Positions 25,524 through 36,525 of a stretch of 64,000 nt of DNA are shown here, one piece after another (position 1 is the first letter of the stretch; every line of letters starts with the position of its first letter). The stretch comes from Bacteroidales bacterium (lineage in GTDB: Bacteria > Bacteroidota > Bacteroidia > Bacteroidales > UBA12077). Under the pieces are notes generated by a model that was given only the letters and a program-made list of their open reading frames with translations, searched no databases and was not told where the DNA came from. The translations under genes and the position numbers were made by a program. Where the stretch lies: assembly GCA_035269575.1 (NCBI GenBank), contig DATFIZ010000036.1:5185-69184 (forward strand), in the 5' to 3' direction.

Positions 25524-27344
25524 ATGAAAGGTTACAAGAAAATTTTTGAATATATTTTACCCTACTGGGGAAAAGGATTAACAAGTATTTTATTTGCTTT
25601 CCTGGCCACTGTTTTTTCACTGTTTTCATTCACAGGGGTAATCCCATTCCTTGGAATACTTTTTAAAAACCAACCTATCATTGAGAGTCCCGTCCCCTGG
25701 GAAGTTAGTTCCGAAGCAATAATGCATAATATTAACTACCACCTAAGTCAAATTATTCTTAGTCAGGGAGAAAAGGTTGCCTTACTAACTGTAAGTATAA
25801 TGGTTGTCCTCTTTGTATTACTAAAAACATCCATGCAATATTCCAGCAATTATGTAATGGCACCATTACGTAACGGGGTGGTACGGGACATAAGAAATAA
25901 ATTAAACAGAAAAATATTAAGTTTACAACTCTCCTATTTCACCGAAGAGCGTAAAGGTGATATTATTTCAAGAATGACCAGCGATGTTCAAGAATTTGAA
26001 GCCTCGGTTGTAAATTCCTTAAGCAATGGAATTAAAGCACCCATTACAATTGTCATTTATCTTGCGGTTTTATTTACTATCAATCCTTTTCTTACCCTTT
26101 TTGTTTTAATTCTTTTGCCCATTACCGGAGGAGTTGTCGGTCGTATTGGAAAATCCTTGCGACGAAAATCAGAAAAAGGGCAGTCTCAACTAGGTTTGAT
26201 TTTATCTTATATTGAAGAAACTCTTTTTGGTTTAAGAATTATTAAAGCCTTTAATACCGAAGACAAAATACACAATCGTTTCGTGAAAGAAAACAATGCA
26301 TATACCCGTTTAATGAATCGTATATGGCGACGTAAAGACTTAGCCGGCCCTTTCAGTGAATTTATGGCCACAGCAGTAATTGTAATTATCATGTGGTACG
26401 GTGGAAGTATGGTTTTAAATAATGATGCCTCTATGAGTCCACAAACATTTATATTTTACCTCATTGTTTTCTCACAAATTATTCCTCCTTCTAAAGATTT
26501 ATCAACGGTATATTACAATGTACAACGCGGACTGGCATCGCTTGACCGTGTAGAAAATATTCTAACTGCCAGTATAAAAATTACAGAAAAACCTAATGCC
26601 CAACGCATTAAAGACTTTGAAGATAAAATTGAATATAAAAATGTAAACTTTAAATATATTGAAGATTATGTGTTAAAAGATATTGAACTGACTATCCAAA
26701 AAGGGCAAATAATTGCATTAGTAGGGCAATCGGGGTCCGGGAAGTCTACCCTGGTAGATTTATTACCCCGCTTTTATGACATTATGGAGGGTGAAATTAC
26801 TATTGACGGAAAGAATATTCAAGATTTAAAAATTTTAGACCTGCGCAATTTAATGGGTATTGTCAGCCAGGAATCTATTCTGTTTAATGATACAATTTAT
26901 AACAATATAGCCTTTGGCATGGAAACAGCCTCCGAAGAAGAAATTATTGCAGCGGCCAAAGTGGCTAATGCACACGAATTTATATTACAAACCGAACATG
27001 GCTACCAAACCAATATCGGCGACCGGGGAAGTAAACTTTCCGGGGGCCAAAGACAACGTATCAGCATTGCGCGTGCCGTACTAAAAAATCCTCCGATAAT
27101 GATTCTGGACGAAGCAACTTCATCGTTAGATACCGAATCGGAAAAACTGGTACAGGATGCATTATTTAAATTAATGGAGAACCGAACTTCGATTGTAATC
27201 GCTCATAGGCTTTCAACGGTTAGAAATGCTGATGAAATTTGTGTTTTACAAGAAGGAAGAATTATTGAGCGGGGTAAACATGATGAATTAATTGAACGTA
27301 AAGGAGTTTATAAAAAATTAAATGATTTACAATCTTTTGCTTAA
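25524..27344 (+). CDS. ABC exporter, fused permease/ATPase (MsbA-like)
   Basis: Six-TM N-terminal domain, then GQSGSGKST, LSGGQRQRISIARA and ILDEATSSLD. Confidence 0.92.
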   Translation: MKGYKKIFEYILPYWGKGLTSILFAFLATVFSLFSFTGVIPFLGILFKNQPIIESPVPWEVSSEAIMHNINYHLSQIILSQGEKVALLTVSIMVVLFVLLKTSMQYSSNYVMAPLRNGVVRDIRNKLNRKILSLQLSYFTEERKGDIISRMTSDVQEFEASVVNSLSNGIKAPITIVIYLAVLFTINPFLTLFVLILLPITGGVVGRIGKSLRRKSEKGQSQLGLILSYIEETLFGLRIIKAFNTEDKIHNRFVKENNAYTRLMNRIWRRKDLAGPFSEFMATAVIVIIMWYGGSMVLNNDASMSPQTFIFYLIVFSQIIPPSKDLSTVYYNVQRGLASLDRVENILTASIKITEKPNAQRIKDFEDKIEYKNVNFKYIEDYVLKDIELTIQKGQIIALVGQSGSGKSTLVDLLPRFYDIMEGEITIDGKNIQDLKILDLRNLMGIVSQESILFNDTIYNNIAFGMETASEEEIIAAAKVANAHEFILQTEHGYQTNIGDRGSKLSGGQRQRISIARAVLKNPPIMILDEATSSLDTESEKLVQDALFKLMENRTSIVIAHRLSTVRNADEICVLQEGRIIERGKHDELIERKGVYKKLNDLQSFA

Positions 27345-27459
27345 CATTCATTCTATTTGCTTTTATATAAAGTGCATTATATTTTAGGATTCATTGCTTT
27401 TAAGGATCCATTCATCAAGGTTTTAAATAAGATCATAAAAAGAATTTCATATTTAATAA

Positions 27460-27503
27460 AATAACGGATAAAAATGTATCTTTTGATATTTTTATCCGTT
27501 ATT
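27460..27503. terminator. Very strong hairpin between the ABC exporter and the TPR-SpoIIE gene (terminator or regulatory stem)
   Basis: Perfect 16-bp stem AATAACGGATAAAAAT (27460-27475) / ATTTTTATCCGTTATT (27488-27503), plus an inner ATC/GAT pairing closing a TTTT loop. No clean U-tract follows. Confidence 0.5.
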
Positions 27504-27532
27504 AATATATTGTCAAAACCTTATTTGCTGAT

Positions 27533-29476
27533 ATGAAAAAACCATTACCAGCTTTTTATGTTTTTTATTTAATTCCGCTATTCGTTATTGGTCATTTTAA
27601 TCTTTTCGCACAGCAAAACAACCCCGATTCACTGGAAACAATCCTTAAAAACATTCCTTCCGATACATCAAAAATACCTTACTACTATACACTTTCCGAG
27701 TACTATATTACAAATGCTCCGGATAAAGCTATACCCATAGCCAATGAGTTTTTACTTTTAGGAGAAAAATATGACAGTCTAACTATTATCAATTATTGTT
27801 ATTTAATTTTAGGTGAAGCACATTTTTATCAAAATAATTTGCAAAAATCATTAACATATTTTACAAGTTATTTGGAAAACCAAGAAGAACAAGGAAACAG
27901 ACTAAAAATGGCACAAGCCTACAACAACCTTGGAATTGTATCACGAGCAATGAATAATTATCCTCAAGCCATTAATTATTATAATGATGCAATGGCTATT
28001 TACCAGGAATTTAACGATACAAATAGCTTAAATAGTGTTTACAATAACCTGGGCGTAATTAATGAGCATTTAAATTTATTTTCACAAGCACTCAATTATT
28101 ATCAAAAATCGCTGAATATTGAAAAGAAAATTAATAATCCGGAAGGGATTTCTACCTCCTACTTAAACCTTGGTGGAATATACCTTAAATTAAAACAATA
28201 TAATCAGGCACTTAGCTACGGCAAAAAAGCAATTTCTATTTGCGACTCACTGGGTTTTATGGTTACACTCGAAATGACTTATGAATTAATGTATAAAATC
28301 TATCGCGAAATTGATCAACCCAAACAAGCACTAATTTATTTCGAAAAATTTTATGATTTAAATCATAAAAGAATCAATCAGGAAACACAATCCAGAATTG
28401 CAGAGTTAGAGATAAAATACGGAACAGATAAAAAACAAAAAGAGATTGCAATACTAAACAGGCAAAAAAAGCAAAAAACAACAATAAATATCATTCTTTT
28501 AATAGCTATTGGAGTTGTTGTTATTCAAGCGTTAATATTACTCAAAATAATCGCCAAAAGAAAACGCAATAATCAGGTTTTGCGATTACAAAATGAGGAG
28601 ATGCATAAGCAGAACGAAGAAATTGAAACACAGAGAGATGAAATTGAAGCCCAACGCGATGAAATACAACGACAAAAAGAGTTTTCTGACAAACAAACCG
28701 ATTTCATTTTAAGACAAAAAAAGGATATCACAGATAGCATTGAATATGCGAAACACATACAAATTGCTTTATTTCCTGATAAGTTAACATTTCAAAAAAT
28801 TCTGCGCGAAGGATTTTGTTTATTTAAACCTAAAGATATTGTTAGTGGTGATTTTTATTGGGTAGATGAGATAGACGGAAAGTCGATAGTTGTTGCCGCA
28901 GACTGCACAGGGCATGGTGTCCCTGGGGCATTCATGAGTATTATCGGGATTAATTTTTTAAACGAAATTGTTTTTGATGAGCATGAGTTAAATCCGGCAG
29001 AGATACTAAATCGTTTACGTGAAAAAGTAGTTAAAACACTGGTTCATTCTAATCGTCTGGAGGAAGCGAGAGACGGAATGGACATCTCGCTGGTTATCAT
29101 TGATCATGATAATATGAAGTTGCAATATGCAGGTGCTTATAACCATTTGTATTTTATTCGTGGACATATGCTTGAAATTATTAAAGCAGACCGTATGCCT
29201 GTTGGCCTATCGGCAAAAGAAACGAAATCTTTTACAAACCATGAAATAGATATTCTGCCGGGCGATTTATTTTATATGTTTACCGATGGTTATGCCGATC
29301 AATTTGGAGGTCCTCTTCGCAAGAAATTCCGCATTGGGAACTTACGCGAGCTGCTCTTAGAAATCCACGAAAAAAATATCCAGGAACAAAAACAAATTTT
29401 ATATGAAAGTTTTATAAACTGGAAAGGAAAACAACCCCAGGTTGACGATGTTTTAGTGATCGGTTTTAAGATTTAA
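27533..29476 (+). CDS. TPR-repeat sensor / SpoIIE (PP2C)-family protein phosphatase with a central TM segment and coiled coil
   Basis: Signal peptide; repeated YNNLG(I/V)... TPR units; TM segment INIILLIAIGVVVIQALILLKII; E/Q/R-rich coil; GDFYWV...AADCTGHGVPGA...TDGYADQ...DDVLVIGFKI. Confidence 0.85.
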   Translation: MKKPLPAFYVFYLIPLFVIGHFNLFAQQNNPDSLETILKNIPSDTSKIPYYYTLSEYYITNAPDKAIPIANEFLLLGEKYDSLTIINYCYLILGEAHFYQNNLQKSLTYFTSYLENQEEQGNRLKMAQAYNNLGIVSRAMNNYPQAINYYNDAMAIYQEFNDTNSLNSVYNNLGVINEHLNLFSQALNYYQKSLNIEKKINNPEGISTSYLNLGGIYLKLKQYNQALSYGKKAISICDSLGFMVTLEMTYELMYKIYREIDQPKQALIYFEKFYDLNHKRINQETQSRIAELEIKYGTDKKQKEIAILNRQKKQKTTINIILLIAIGVVVIQALILLKIIAKRKRNNQVLRLQNEEMHKQNEEIETQRDEIEAQRDEIQRQKEFSDKQTDFILRQKKDITDSIEYAKHIQIALFPDKLTFQKILREGFCLFKPKDIVSGDFYWVDEIDGKSIVVAADCTGHGVPGAFMSIIGINFLNEIVFDEHELNPAEILNRLREKVVKTLVHSNRLEEARDGMDISLVIIDHDNMKLQYAGAYNHLYFIRGHMLEIIKADRMPVGLSAKETKSFTNHEIDILPGDLFYMFTDGYADQFGGPLRKKFRIGNLRELLLEIHEKNIQEQKQILYESFINWKGKQPQVDDVLVIGFKI

Positions 29477-29491
29477 TTTGAAAGATATTTC

Positions 29492-29995
29492 TTATTTGAT
29501 TAAACCCACCAATGTATTAACGTTAAGGTTCATTCCATTCACTTTATACTTGGCCTGTTTGTAATATGATTTTCTTTTCGATAGAAGTTCCTCTGCATAA
29601 ACCGTTAAATCCTCTTTTGATTTCCCCCAAATTAACGGTCTGTCTTTTTTAGCATACATTAAACGATGAACCAGCGTTTGAACATCTACCTCAATGTAGA
29701 TGGTTATCCCGTTGTTTTGCATGGTTTGCATATTGTCGAAATAACAAGGAGTACCACCTCCTGTGGAAATCACAGCCTTATTAAATTTATTAACTACCTC
29801 GACTAATGCTTCTTTTTCTATTTCTCTAAACTCGTTTTCTCCTTTTTCATACATTAAAATCCGTATCGTCGTGTTAAATTTTTCTTCAATATAAGAATCG
29901 AGGTCAACAAAAGGTAAATTCAATTTATTGGCTAATTTTTTCCCAATGGTTGATTTTCCGCTAGCCATAAATCCAATTAAGAAAATTCTCATCAT
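29492..29995 (-). CDS. aroK: Shikimate kinase
   Basis: IFLIGFMASGKSTIGKKLA...FVDLD...STGGGTPC. Confidence 0.92.
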   Translation of the reverse strand: MMRIFLIGFMASGKSTIGKKLANKLNLPFVDLDSYIEEKFNTTIRILMYEKGENEFREIEKEALVEVVNKFNKAVISTGGGTPCYFDNMQTMQNNGITIYIEVDVQTLVHRLMYAKKDRPLIWGKSKEDLTVYAEELLSKRKSYYKQAKYKVNGMNLNVNTLVGLIK

Positions 29996-30037
29996 CCGTT
30001 TTTTTTGATTAAATCATAAAATTACAAAAAAATAGAC

Positions 30038-32668
30038 TTAATTTTTACCATTCTGGAACAAACTCATTTGTGATGTATCGTCTTGTTCATCATCAGCTGG
30101 CTCATTTGATTTTTCTTCCTCTTTTTGAATTAAGGGCTCAAGTTCTTTAACTACTTTAACCTCATAATTCGATAGCCTTTTACCACGGGCTTTATAACTT
30201 TTAACACTAATAAAATCAGCAATTTCAATTATCTCACTATCCCGATTTTTATGTTTCCCTCCAAATGATACTTCCAATCGAGGATATTCCACTTCGGTAA
30301 TTTTTATTAAGCGCGACGCTTCATTATCTCCAATGAAGCTTGTGATTTTTTCTGTAGGGTCGATCATAAAACGCTTAACATAATAATACTCCAGGTCAGC
30401 ATCGTAATAAACAGCCGAAAATATTTTATCAGGTCTGAATTTTTCAACAAATAATACATCATCTTCGAAATGATTCATTAAATCATACGAGGTCAATCTA
30501 TACTTCCCTGATTTTGTAATCACCAGAATTTTATCATCGCTATGGAACTCTCCCAGATATAATCCACGACCATCATCATTTAAACGAAGTACCTCCTCTT
30601 CAAACCATATTTTTCTGCCCCCAAGTGTAGATATACCTTCATCTTTAAGTACTATTTTATGCAATGCATATTTGGTAAGAATATTACCCATCGATTGACG
30701 ACCTTTAATGGCCAGTTCGCTAAAATCAAATTCGAAAACCGGTTTTTTTAACCTGGGTCTTGGGCGTAAGTAAACTTTTACAATCTCAGCTTCTCCGTTT
30801 GGGTTGGCTGTCATATATAATATTTTCGAGCCTTGAGTACCTTTGGTAATATCATACTCTTTATCGCGGGTAATACCTTTTATAGCACATCGTTTAACCA
30901 TTATATTACCATTTACCCCATCGCGATAAATTACATTGTAAATAGTACGGGTATCGTTTCGTTTAAAAACGGCTGCATGAATAATATCTTTTCCAACAAA
31001 CGTTTTTTCCGATACTTTGGTAATGAGATATTTTCCGTTGCGAAGGAAAACAATAATCTCATCAATATCAGAACAGTCACACACATATTCATCTTTACGC
31101 AACGATGTGCCTATGAAGCCCTCCTGCTGGTCGGCATAAAGTTTCTGATTAGCAACAACCACCTGTGTTGCTTCTATAGATTCTAAATTTCGTATTTCGG
31201 TTTTTCGGTCTCGCCCGTCGCCATGTTTTTTCCGTATTTGTTTAAAATAATTAATGGCAAAATCAACAATATTATCTAAATGATTCTGAACCTCTTTCAT
31301 TTCACCTTCGAGGCCTCTGATTATTTCATCCGATTTTTTGGAATCATACTTAGAAATTCGTTTGATTTTAATCTCGGTAAGTTTTATAATATCCTCACGG
31401 GTAACCTCCCTTATTAGTTGCTTTTTATAAGGCTCAAGTCCTTTGTCAATGGTTTCAATTACACTCTCCCAGGTTTCACTTTCCTCAATATCCCGATAAA
31501 TCTTATTTTCGATAAAAATTTTCTCGAGCGACGACATGTGCCATGACTCCTTAAGCTCGGCCATTTTTATTTCAAGCTCACATTTAAGTAAATGAACCGT
31601 ACTATCGGTAGATATCTTAAGCATTTCGGTTACCCCTATAAACAGAGGTTTTGCATCTTTAATCACACAAGCATTGGGTGAAACAGACACCTCACAATCG
31701 GTAAAAGCGTACAATGCATCAATGGTTTGATCGGGTGAGGTTCCTGAGGGAAGGTGGATTAGAATCTCTACATGTTCGGCTGTATTATCATCAATTTTGC
31801 GTATTTTAATTTTTCCTTTATCGATGGCTTTAATAATAGAATCAATTAAACTTTGGGTCGTTTTTCCAAAAGGCAGTTCGGTTATTTTTAGTGTTTTTTT
31901 GTCTTCCTTCTCAATTTTAGCCCTGATTTTAACAGAGCCACCACGAAGGCCATCGTTATATTTATTAAAATCGGCAATTCCACCGGTTGGGAAATCAGGA
32001 TATAACTCAAAATCTTTACCTTTAAGATAAGCTATAGAGGCATCGATTAACTCATTAAAATTATGCGGTAAAATTTTGGAGGCCAGTCCAACAGCAATAC
32101 CCTCTACTCCCTGTGCTAATAGTAAGGGAAATTTAATGGGCAGTGTAACCGGTTCTTCATTACGTCCGTCATACGACTTTTTCCATTCGGTTGTTTTTGG
32201 GTTAAAAACAACATCCAGGGCAAACTTTGTTAGCCGGGCTTCAATATACCTGGGGGCTGCAGAACTATCTCCTGTAAACGTGTTACCCCAGTTACCCTGA
32301 GTATCAACCAGGATATCTTTTTGACCTATTTGAACCAAAGCATCACCAATGGAAGCATCACCATGAGGGTGATATTGCATGGTATAACCAATAATATTAG
32401 CTACTTTATTGTACCGTCCGTCATCAAGCTTTTTCATCGCATGCAATATCCTACGCTGAACAGGCTTTAATCCATCATGCAAATGAGGGACAGCACGTTC
32501 AAGAATTACATACGACGCATAATCAAGAAACCAGTCTTTATACATTCCCGACAAATGCATAATTTTATGCAATTCTTCACCTGATTTCTCTTTACCGTCT
32601 GTATTAGTGTCTTTTGCTAATTCTTTATTTTCAGATTGTTCAAGATTATCTTTATTATCATTACTCAT
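30038..32668 (-). CDS. parC: DNA topoisomerase IV subunit A
   Basis: YKDWFLDYASYVILERAVPHLHDGLKPVQRRILHAM ... QYHPHGD ... AAPRYIEARL. Adjacent to the B subunit, as in the Bacteroidota topo IV pair. Confidence 0.9.
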   Translation of the reverse strand: MSNDNKDNLEQSENKELAKDTNTDGKEKSGEELHKIMHLSGMYKDWFLDYASYVILERAVPHLHDGLKPVQRRILHAMKKLDDGRYNKVANIIGYTMQYHPHGDASIGDALVQIGQKDILVDTQGNWGNTFTGDSSAAPRYIEARLTKFALDVVFNPKTTEWKKSYDGRNEEPVTLPIKFPLLLAQGVEGIAVGLASKILPHNFNELIDASIAYLKGKDFELYPDFPTGGIADFNKYNDGLRGGSVKIRAKIEKEDKKTLKITELPFGKTTQSLIDSIIKAIDKGKIKIRKIDDNTAEHVEILIHLPSGTSPDQTIDALYAFTDCEVSVSPNACVIKDAKPLFIGVTEMLKISTDSTVHLLKCELEIKMAELKESWHMSSLEKIFIENKIYRDIEESETWESVIETIDKGLEPYKKQLIREVTREDIIKLTEIKIKRISKYDSKKSDEIIRGLEGEMKEVQNHLDNIVDFAINYFKQIRKKHGDGRDRKTEIRNLESIEATQVVVANQKLYADQQEGFIGTSLRKDEYVCDCSDIDEIIVFLRNGKYLITKVSEKTFVGKDIIHAAVFKRNDTRTIYNVIYRDGVNGNIMVKRCAIKGITRDKEYDITKGTQGSKILYMTANPNGEAEIVKVYLRPRPRLKKPVFEFDFSELAIKGRQSMGNILTKYALHKIVLKDEGISTLGGRKIWFEEEVLRLNDDGRGLYLGEFHSDDKILVITKSGKYRLTSYDLMNHFEDDVLFVEKFRPDKIFSAVYYDADLEYYYVKRFMIDPTEKITSFIGDNEASRLIKITEVEYPRLEVSFGGKHKNRDSEIIEIADFISVKSYKARGKRLSNYEVKVVKELEPLIQKEEEKSNEPADDEQDDTSQMSLFQNGKN

Positions 32669-32721
32669 TCCTGTATCCCCAATGTTTAAAATATTTTTTT
32701 ATCTATCTTTTACGATTCAGG

Positions 32722-34557
32722 TTATCGTTCTTCAATCACATCAATATTAAGATTATCAACAATAAAATCCTGTCTTTCGGGTGTGTTTTTTCCCATATAA
32801 AATTCCAGCAGATCATTTATGGCATCTTCACGACGTAACCTTACCGGGTCGAGCCGAATATCCTTGCCGATAAAATGTTTAAATTCATCGGGAGAGATTT
32901 CTCCCAATCCTTTAAATCGTGTTATTTCCGGACTGTTTTTTAACTTTTTTATCGCCTGGTCTTTTTCTTCTTCACTATAGCAGTAAACCGTTTCTTTTTT
33001 ATTTCTTACTCTAAACAAAGGTGTTTGAAGGATAAACAAATGCCCGTTTTTAATCAGATCAGGAAAAAATTGCAAAAAGAATGTTAATAATAACAACCGG
33101 ATATGCATTCCGTCAACATCAGCATCCGTAGCAACAATTACACTTTTGTATCGTAAGTGCTCAATACCTTCTTCAATATTCAAAGCAGCCTGCAGCAAAT
33201 TAAATTCTTCGTTTTCGTAAACAATTTTCTTGGTTAACCCATACGTGTTTAATGGTTTTCCTTTTAAACTAAAAACAGCCTGGGTGTTTACATCGCGCGA
33301 TTTTGTAATGGAGCCACTAGCTGAGTCTCCCTCGGTAATAAAAATCATGGTATTATTTTTTCGTTCATCGCTTGAGTTATAATGAACCCTGCAATCGCGT
33401 AGTTTCCGATTATGGAGACTCGCTTTCTTGGCTCGTTGTTTAGCCAGTTTTTTAATCCCCGAAATCGCTTTTCGTTCTTTTTCCGATTCATGAATTTTCT
33501 TTAACAGGGTATCTGCTGCTTCCTGGTTTCTGTGTAAGTAGTTATCTAATTCATTTTTTAAAAAATCGGCAATAAAATTACGTATAGATACTCCATTAGG
33601 AGAAATGTTTTTTGATCCAAGCTTGGTTTTGGTTTGTGATTCGAAAACCGGTTCTTCTACCTTAAGACTTACAGCAGCAACAATTGACATGCGTATATCA
33701 GAAGGTTCAAAATCTTTTCGGTAATAATCACGAATTGTTTTCACATAGGCCTCACGAAAAGCGGCTAAATGAGTCCCTCCCTGGGTAGTATGCTGGCCGT
33801 TTACAAAGCTGTAATATTCTTCTCCATATTGATTTCCGTGGGTTATTGCAATTTCAATATCCTCTTCTTTGATATGAATAATCGGATAAATTCCATCGGA
33901 GCTCATATTTTCTTCCAACAAATCACGTAATCCGTTCTCAGAGAAAAATTTCTCGCCATTTAATCGAATAACCAATCCGGAATTGAGGTAAACATAGTTT
34001 CTTACCATTGATTCCACGTACTCTTTCATATAGTGGTAACTGCCAAAAAGATCTTTATCGGGTTCGAAAGAAACCATGGTTCCGTTTTTCTCCTTCGTTG
34101 ACTGAACCTGAGCATCTAGTACAACATTTCCTTTTTCAAACTCTATTTGTTTTCTTTCACCTTCACGATATGCTTCGATACGAAAATTTTCGGAAAGAGC
34201 ATTTACCGCCTTGATACCTACTCCGTTTAATCCGACAGATTTTTTAAACACTTTTGAATCGTACTTAGCCCCGGTATTCATTTTTGAGGAAACATCCAAT
34301 AATTTTCCCAAAGGGATCCCTCGCCCATAATCTCTAATTCTTACACTATTATCAGTAACCTCAATATCAATTGTTTTCCCAAACCCCATCATAAACTCAT
34401 CGATAGAATTATCCATTACTTCTTTGAGTAATACATAGATTCCATCATCAGGAGATGAGCCATCACCCAACTTGCCAATGTACATCCCGGGACGTTTCCG
34501 GATATGTTCTTTCCACTCGAGCGTTCGAATACTATCTTCTGTATAATTCGTCGTCAT
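32722..34557 (-). CDS. parE: DNA topoisomerase IV subunit B
   Basis: ATG at 34557 gives [33 protein letters not shown] and TOPRIM motifs are present ([21 protein letters not shown]). The 40 upstream codons in the track ORF look non-coding. Confidence 0.9.
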   Translation of the reverse strand: MTTNYTEDSIRTLEWKEHIRKRPGMYIGKLGDGSSPDDGIYVLLKEVMDNSIDEFMMGFGKTIDIEVTDNSVRIRDYGRGIPLGKLLDVSSKMNTGAKYDSKVFKKSVGLNGVGIKAVNALSENFRIEAYREGERKQIEFEKGNVVLDAQVQSTKEKNGTMVSFEPDKDLFGSYHYMKEYVESMVRNYVYLNSGLVIRLNGEKFFSENGLRDLLEENMSSDGIYPIIHIKEEDIEIAITHGNQYGEEYYSFVNGQHTTQGGTHLAAFREAYVKTIRDYYRKDFEPSDIRMSIVAAVSLKVEEPVFESQTKTKLGSKNISPNGVSIRNFIADFLKNELDNYLHRNQEAADTLLKKIHESEKERKAISGIKKLAKQRAKKASLHNRKLRDCRVHYNSSDERKNNTMIFITEGDSASGSITKSRDVNTQAVFSLKGKPLNTYGLTKKIVYENEEFNLLQAALNIEEGIEHLRYKSVIVATDADVDGMHIRLLLLTFFLQFFPDLIKNGHLFILQTPLFRVRNKKETVYCYSEEEKDQAIKKLKNSPEITRFKGLGEISPDEFKHFIGKDIRLDPVRLRREDAINDLLEFYMGKNTPERQDFIVDNLNIDVIEER

Positions 34558-34718
34558 TTCTACTAAATTTTCGTAAATATAACCAAAAGAAAATTCCCTG
34601 ATAAAATTGTTTATCAACAGGCTTACGTAAGAAACTGTTAATAAATAGTTAAATGATGCAAAATAAATAAAAACCAATTATAATATGAAGTACAAGGTTG
34701 TTGAAAAGTTATCAACAA

Positions 34719-36521
34719 CTAAAAAATACCCATTTGTTGCATTAATACGGAAGCATTCATATTTTTTGTTATTCCATTGCGTAATTTATAATCAAAGAAA
34801 ATTTCTTGTCCGCTAATTTCTACTTCAAAACATTGATTGTTTATTTTTCCTGGATTTTTGTTTTCCAGCTCACACAACGTTAAATCATGTGTTGCAATAA
34901 CACCTGTTGCGTTAAGCCTGATTAAATGTTCGACATACTTCCATGATCCTTTGGCTTTATCAACAGAATTTGTCCCTTTTAATATTTCATCCAAAAGAAT
35001 AAATAGTTCCTTTCCCGATTTTAATTCATTAATGATTTGCTTTAATCTTTTTAACTCGGCATAAAAATAGGATTCGTTTTCTTTTAACGAATCAGAAGTG
35101 CGCATCCCTGAGAAGAGGTGCACCAGACTAAAATTAAACTGTTTTGCACAAACCGGCATACCCGTCATTGCTAAAATCAAATTAACACCTATCGTACGCA
35201 GGAAAGTGCTCTTACCGGCCATATTTGCTCCTGTAATTATATTTATTTGTCCTGCTTTATTAATTTTAAAATCATTATCAACTCTTTTTTCAGGCAAAAT
35301 TAAGGGATGTCCGAGTTCTTTAGTTTCTAAAACGACATGGTTTACTATTTCGGGAAAAACAAACTCCGGATGTTTACATGTGAAGTCTGCCATACAGCAA
35401 TATGCATCCAGTTGTCCAATCGCATTAATCCATTGCGTTATATTTTTACCGTATTGTTTTTTCCAGGCTTCTAAACGCATTAACGATAACAAATCCCACA
35501 TTAACGTGGCATTTAATATCAGCCCTACTATTAAATTTAACCGCGAATCAAAAGCATCAATAATTCGGGTAAGTTTCTTTAAAATAGTACTGGCAGATTG
35601 TTTATTGTGATTTACATAAAACTGTTTTTTCAGCTGATTAAGCTCAAAACTATGAAATGAAGAATCTTCAATGATTTGAATCAATTGATGATAATTTTTT
35701 AAAATGGCTGCTTCTTCAGTAATTATTCGTTGTTCTTTATTCGTACGGTGCATAATAATACTGGCAAACAGCAACTGGCATAAAGCCAGGAAAGCGAATA
35801 CCGAATAATGCATCCATCCAACCATTAACAAAAATAATGAAAGGATTGTTAATACTGGAAAGATCCAAACAATCAATTTATAATACCATTTATGAATGAA
35901 ATACTCAGGCTCATTAATCCATACATTAATTTTCTGGTTATCATCGGGCGAAATTTGTACTAACATACCGGTAGCTTGTAAATACTGTCGCCAATCAATT
36001 TTTACGGATAGCTCCTGAACGGCTTGCTGTGTATGTTCAATTTTTTGTTTGTCAAGAAGAGGGTTTAATAACCTGTTGGCTAAAAATGTTCTTCCTGCTT
36101 GTGTAAATGCCCGATTTAAATACTGAAACAGAGAACCTTCACCAAACAAATCCAGATCATATGCATAGGCATGTTCACGATGAGTGAACTGTTCTCCATT
36201 ATTAAATGCAGTAAAATCATACCTCAATGCTTTAAGTTCCAGCTTGTTTATTTGTATTAAACGCTGCACCAGTTTTAACTTTTGATTTTGCGTCGCATGC
36301 AAAGCAACAAGTCCAACAAATACAGTAACCCATGCAATAGAAATGCCTATTTTAATCCAGGAAAAATCTTTTACCGTAATCACAATTCCAACGCAAAAAA
36401 GAACAAATGAAACAAACCGAAACACCCCAAGCCATATAATTTTTTGCTTAATGTCGGATTCTTTTTGCTGGAAAGTTTGAACTCTACTCTTATAGATATT
36501 TTTAATATCGAATGCTGACAT
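34719..36521 (-). CDS. MutS-related protein: N-terminal membrane domain plus MutS domain-V ATPase, with no mismatch-binding domain
   Basis: Several hydrophobic helices in the first half. C-terminal ITGANMAGKSTFLRTIG, ILLDEILKGTNS and IATHDL. No GxFxE-type domain I. Confidence 0.85.
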   Translation of the reverse strand: MSAFDIKNIYKSRVQTFQQKESDIKQKIIWLGVFRFVSFVLFCVGIVITVKDFSWIKIGISIAWVTVFVGLVALHATQNQKLKLVQRLIQINKLELKALRYDFTAFNNGEQFTHREHAYAYDLDLFGEGSLFQYLNRAFTQAGRTFLANRLLNPLLDKQKIEHTQQAVQELSVKIDWRQYLQATGMLVQISPDDNQKINVWINEPEYFIHKWYYKLIVWIFPVLTILSLFLLMVGWMHYSVFAFLALCQLLFASIIMHRTNKEQRIITEEAAILKNYHQLIQIIEDSSFHSFELNQLKKQFYVNHNKQSASTILKKLTRIIDAFDSRLNLIVGLILNATLMWDLLSLMRLEAWKKQYGKNITQWINAIGQLDAYCCMADFTCKHPEFVFPEIVNHVVLETKELGHPLILPEKRVDNDFKINKAGQINIITGANMAGKSTFLRTIGVNLILAMTGMPVCAKQFNFSLVHLFSGMRTSDSLKENESYFYAELKRLKQIINELKSGKELFILLDEILKGTNSVDKAKGSWKYVEHLIRLNATGVIATHDLTLCELENKNPGKINNQCFEVEISGQEIFFDYKLRNGITKNMNASVLMQQMGIF

Positions 36522-36525
36522 TCTA

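Noticed and set aside
28570-28700. Apparent ~21-nt DNA periodicity (GATGAAATTGAAGCCCAACGC / GATGAAATACAACGACAAAAA) that could be a tandem repeat
   Set aside because: It lies in frame within the TPR-SpoIIE gene and simply encodes an E/Q/R/I heptad-like coiled coil (EEIETQRDEIEAQRDEIQRQKE). It is a coding repeat at the protein level, not an independent DNA element.
35098-35610. 170-aa plus-strand ORF, and similar antisense ORFs at 30833..31186, 40572..40994, 50707..51015, 41741..42019, 46682..46957 and other short track entries
   Set aside because: All lie wholly inside strongly supported genes on the opposite strand. They have low-complexity or odd composition and show no recognisable motifs. 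They are typical shadow ORFs.
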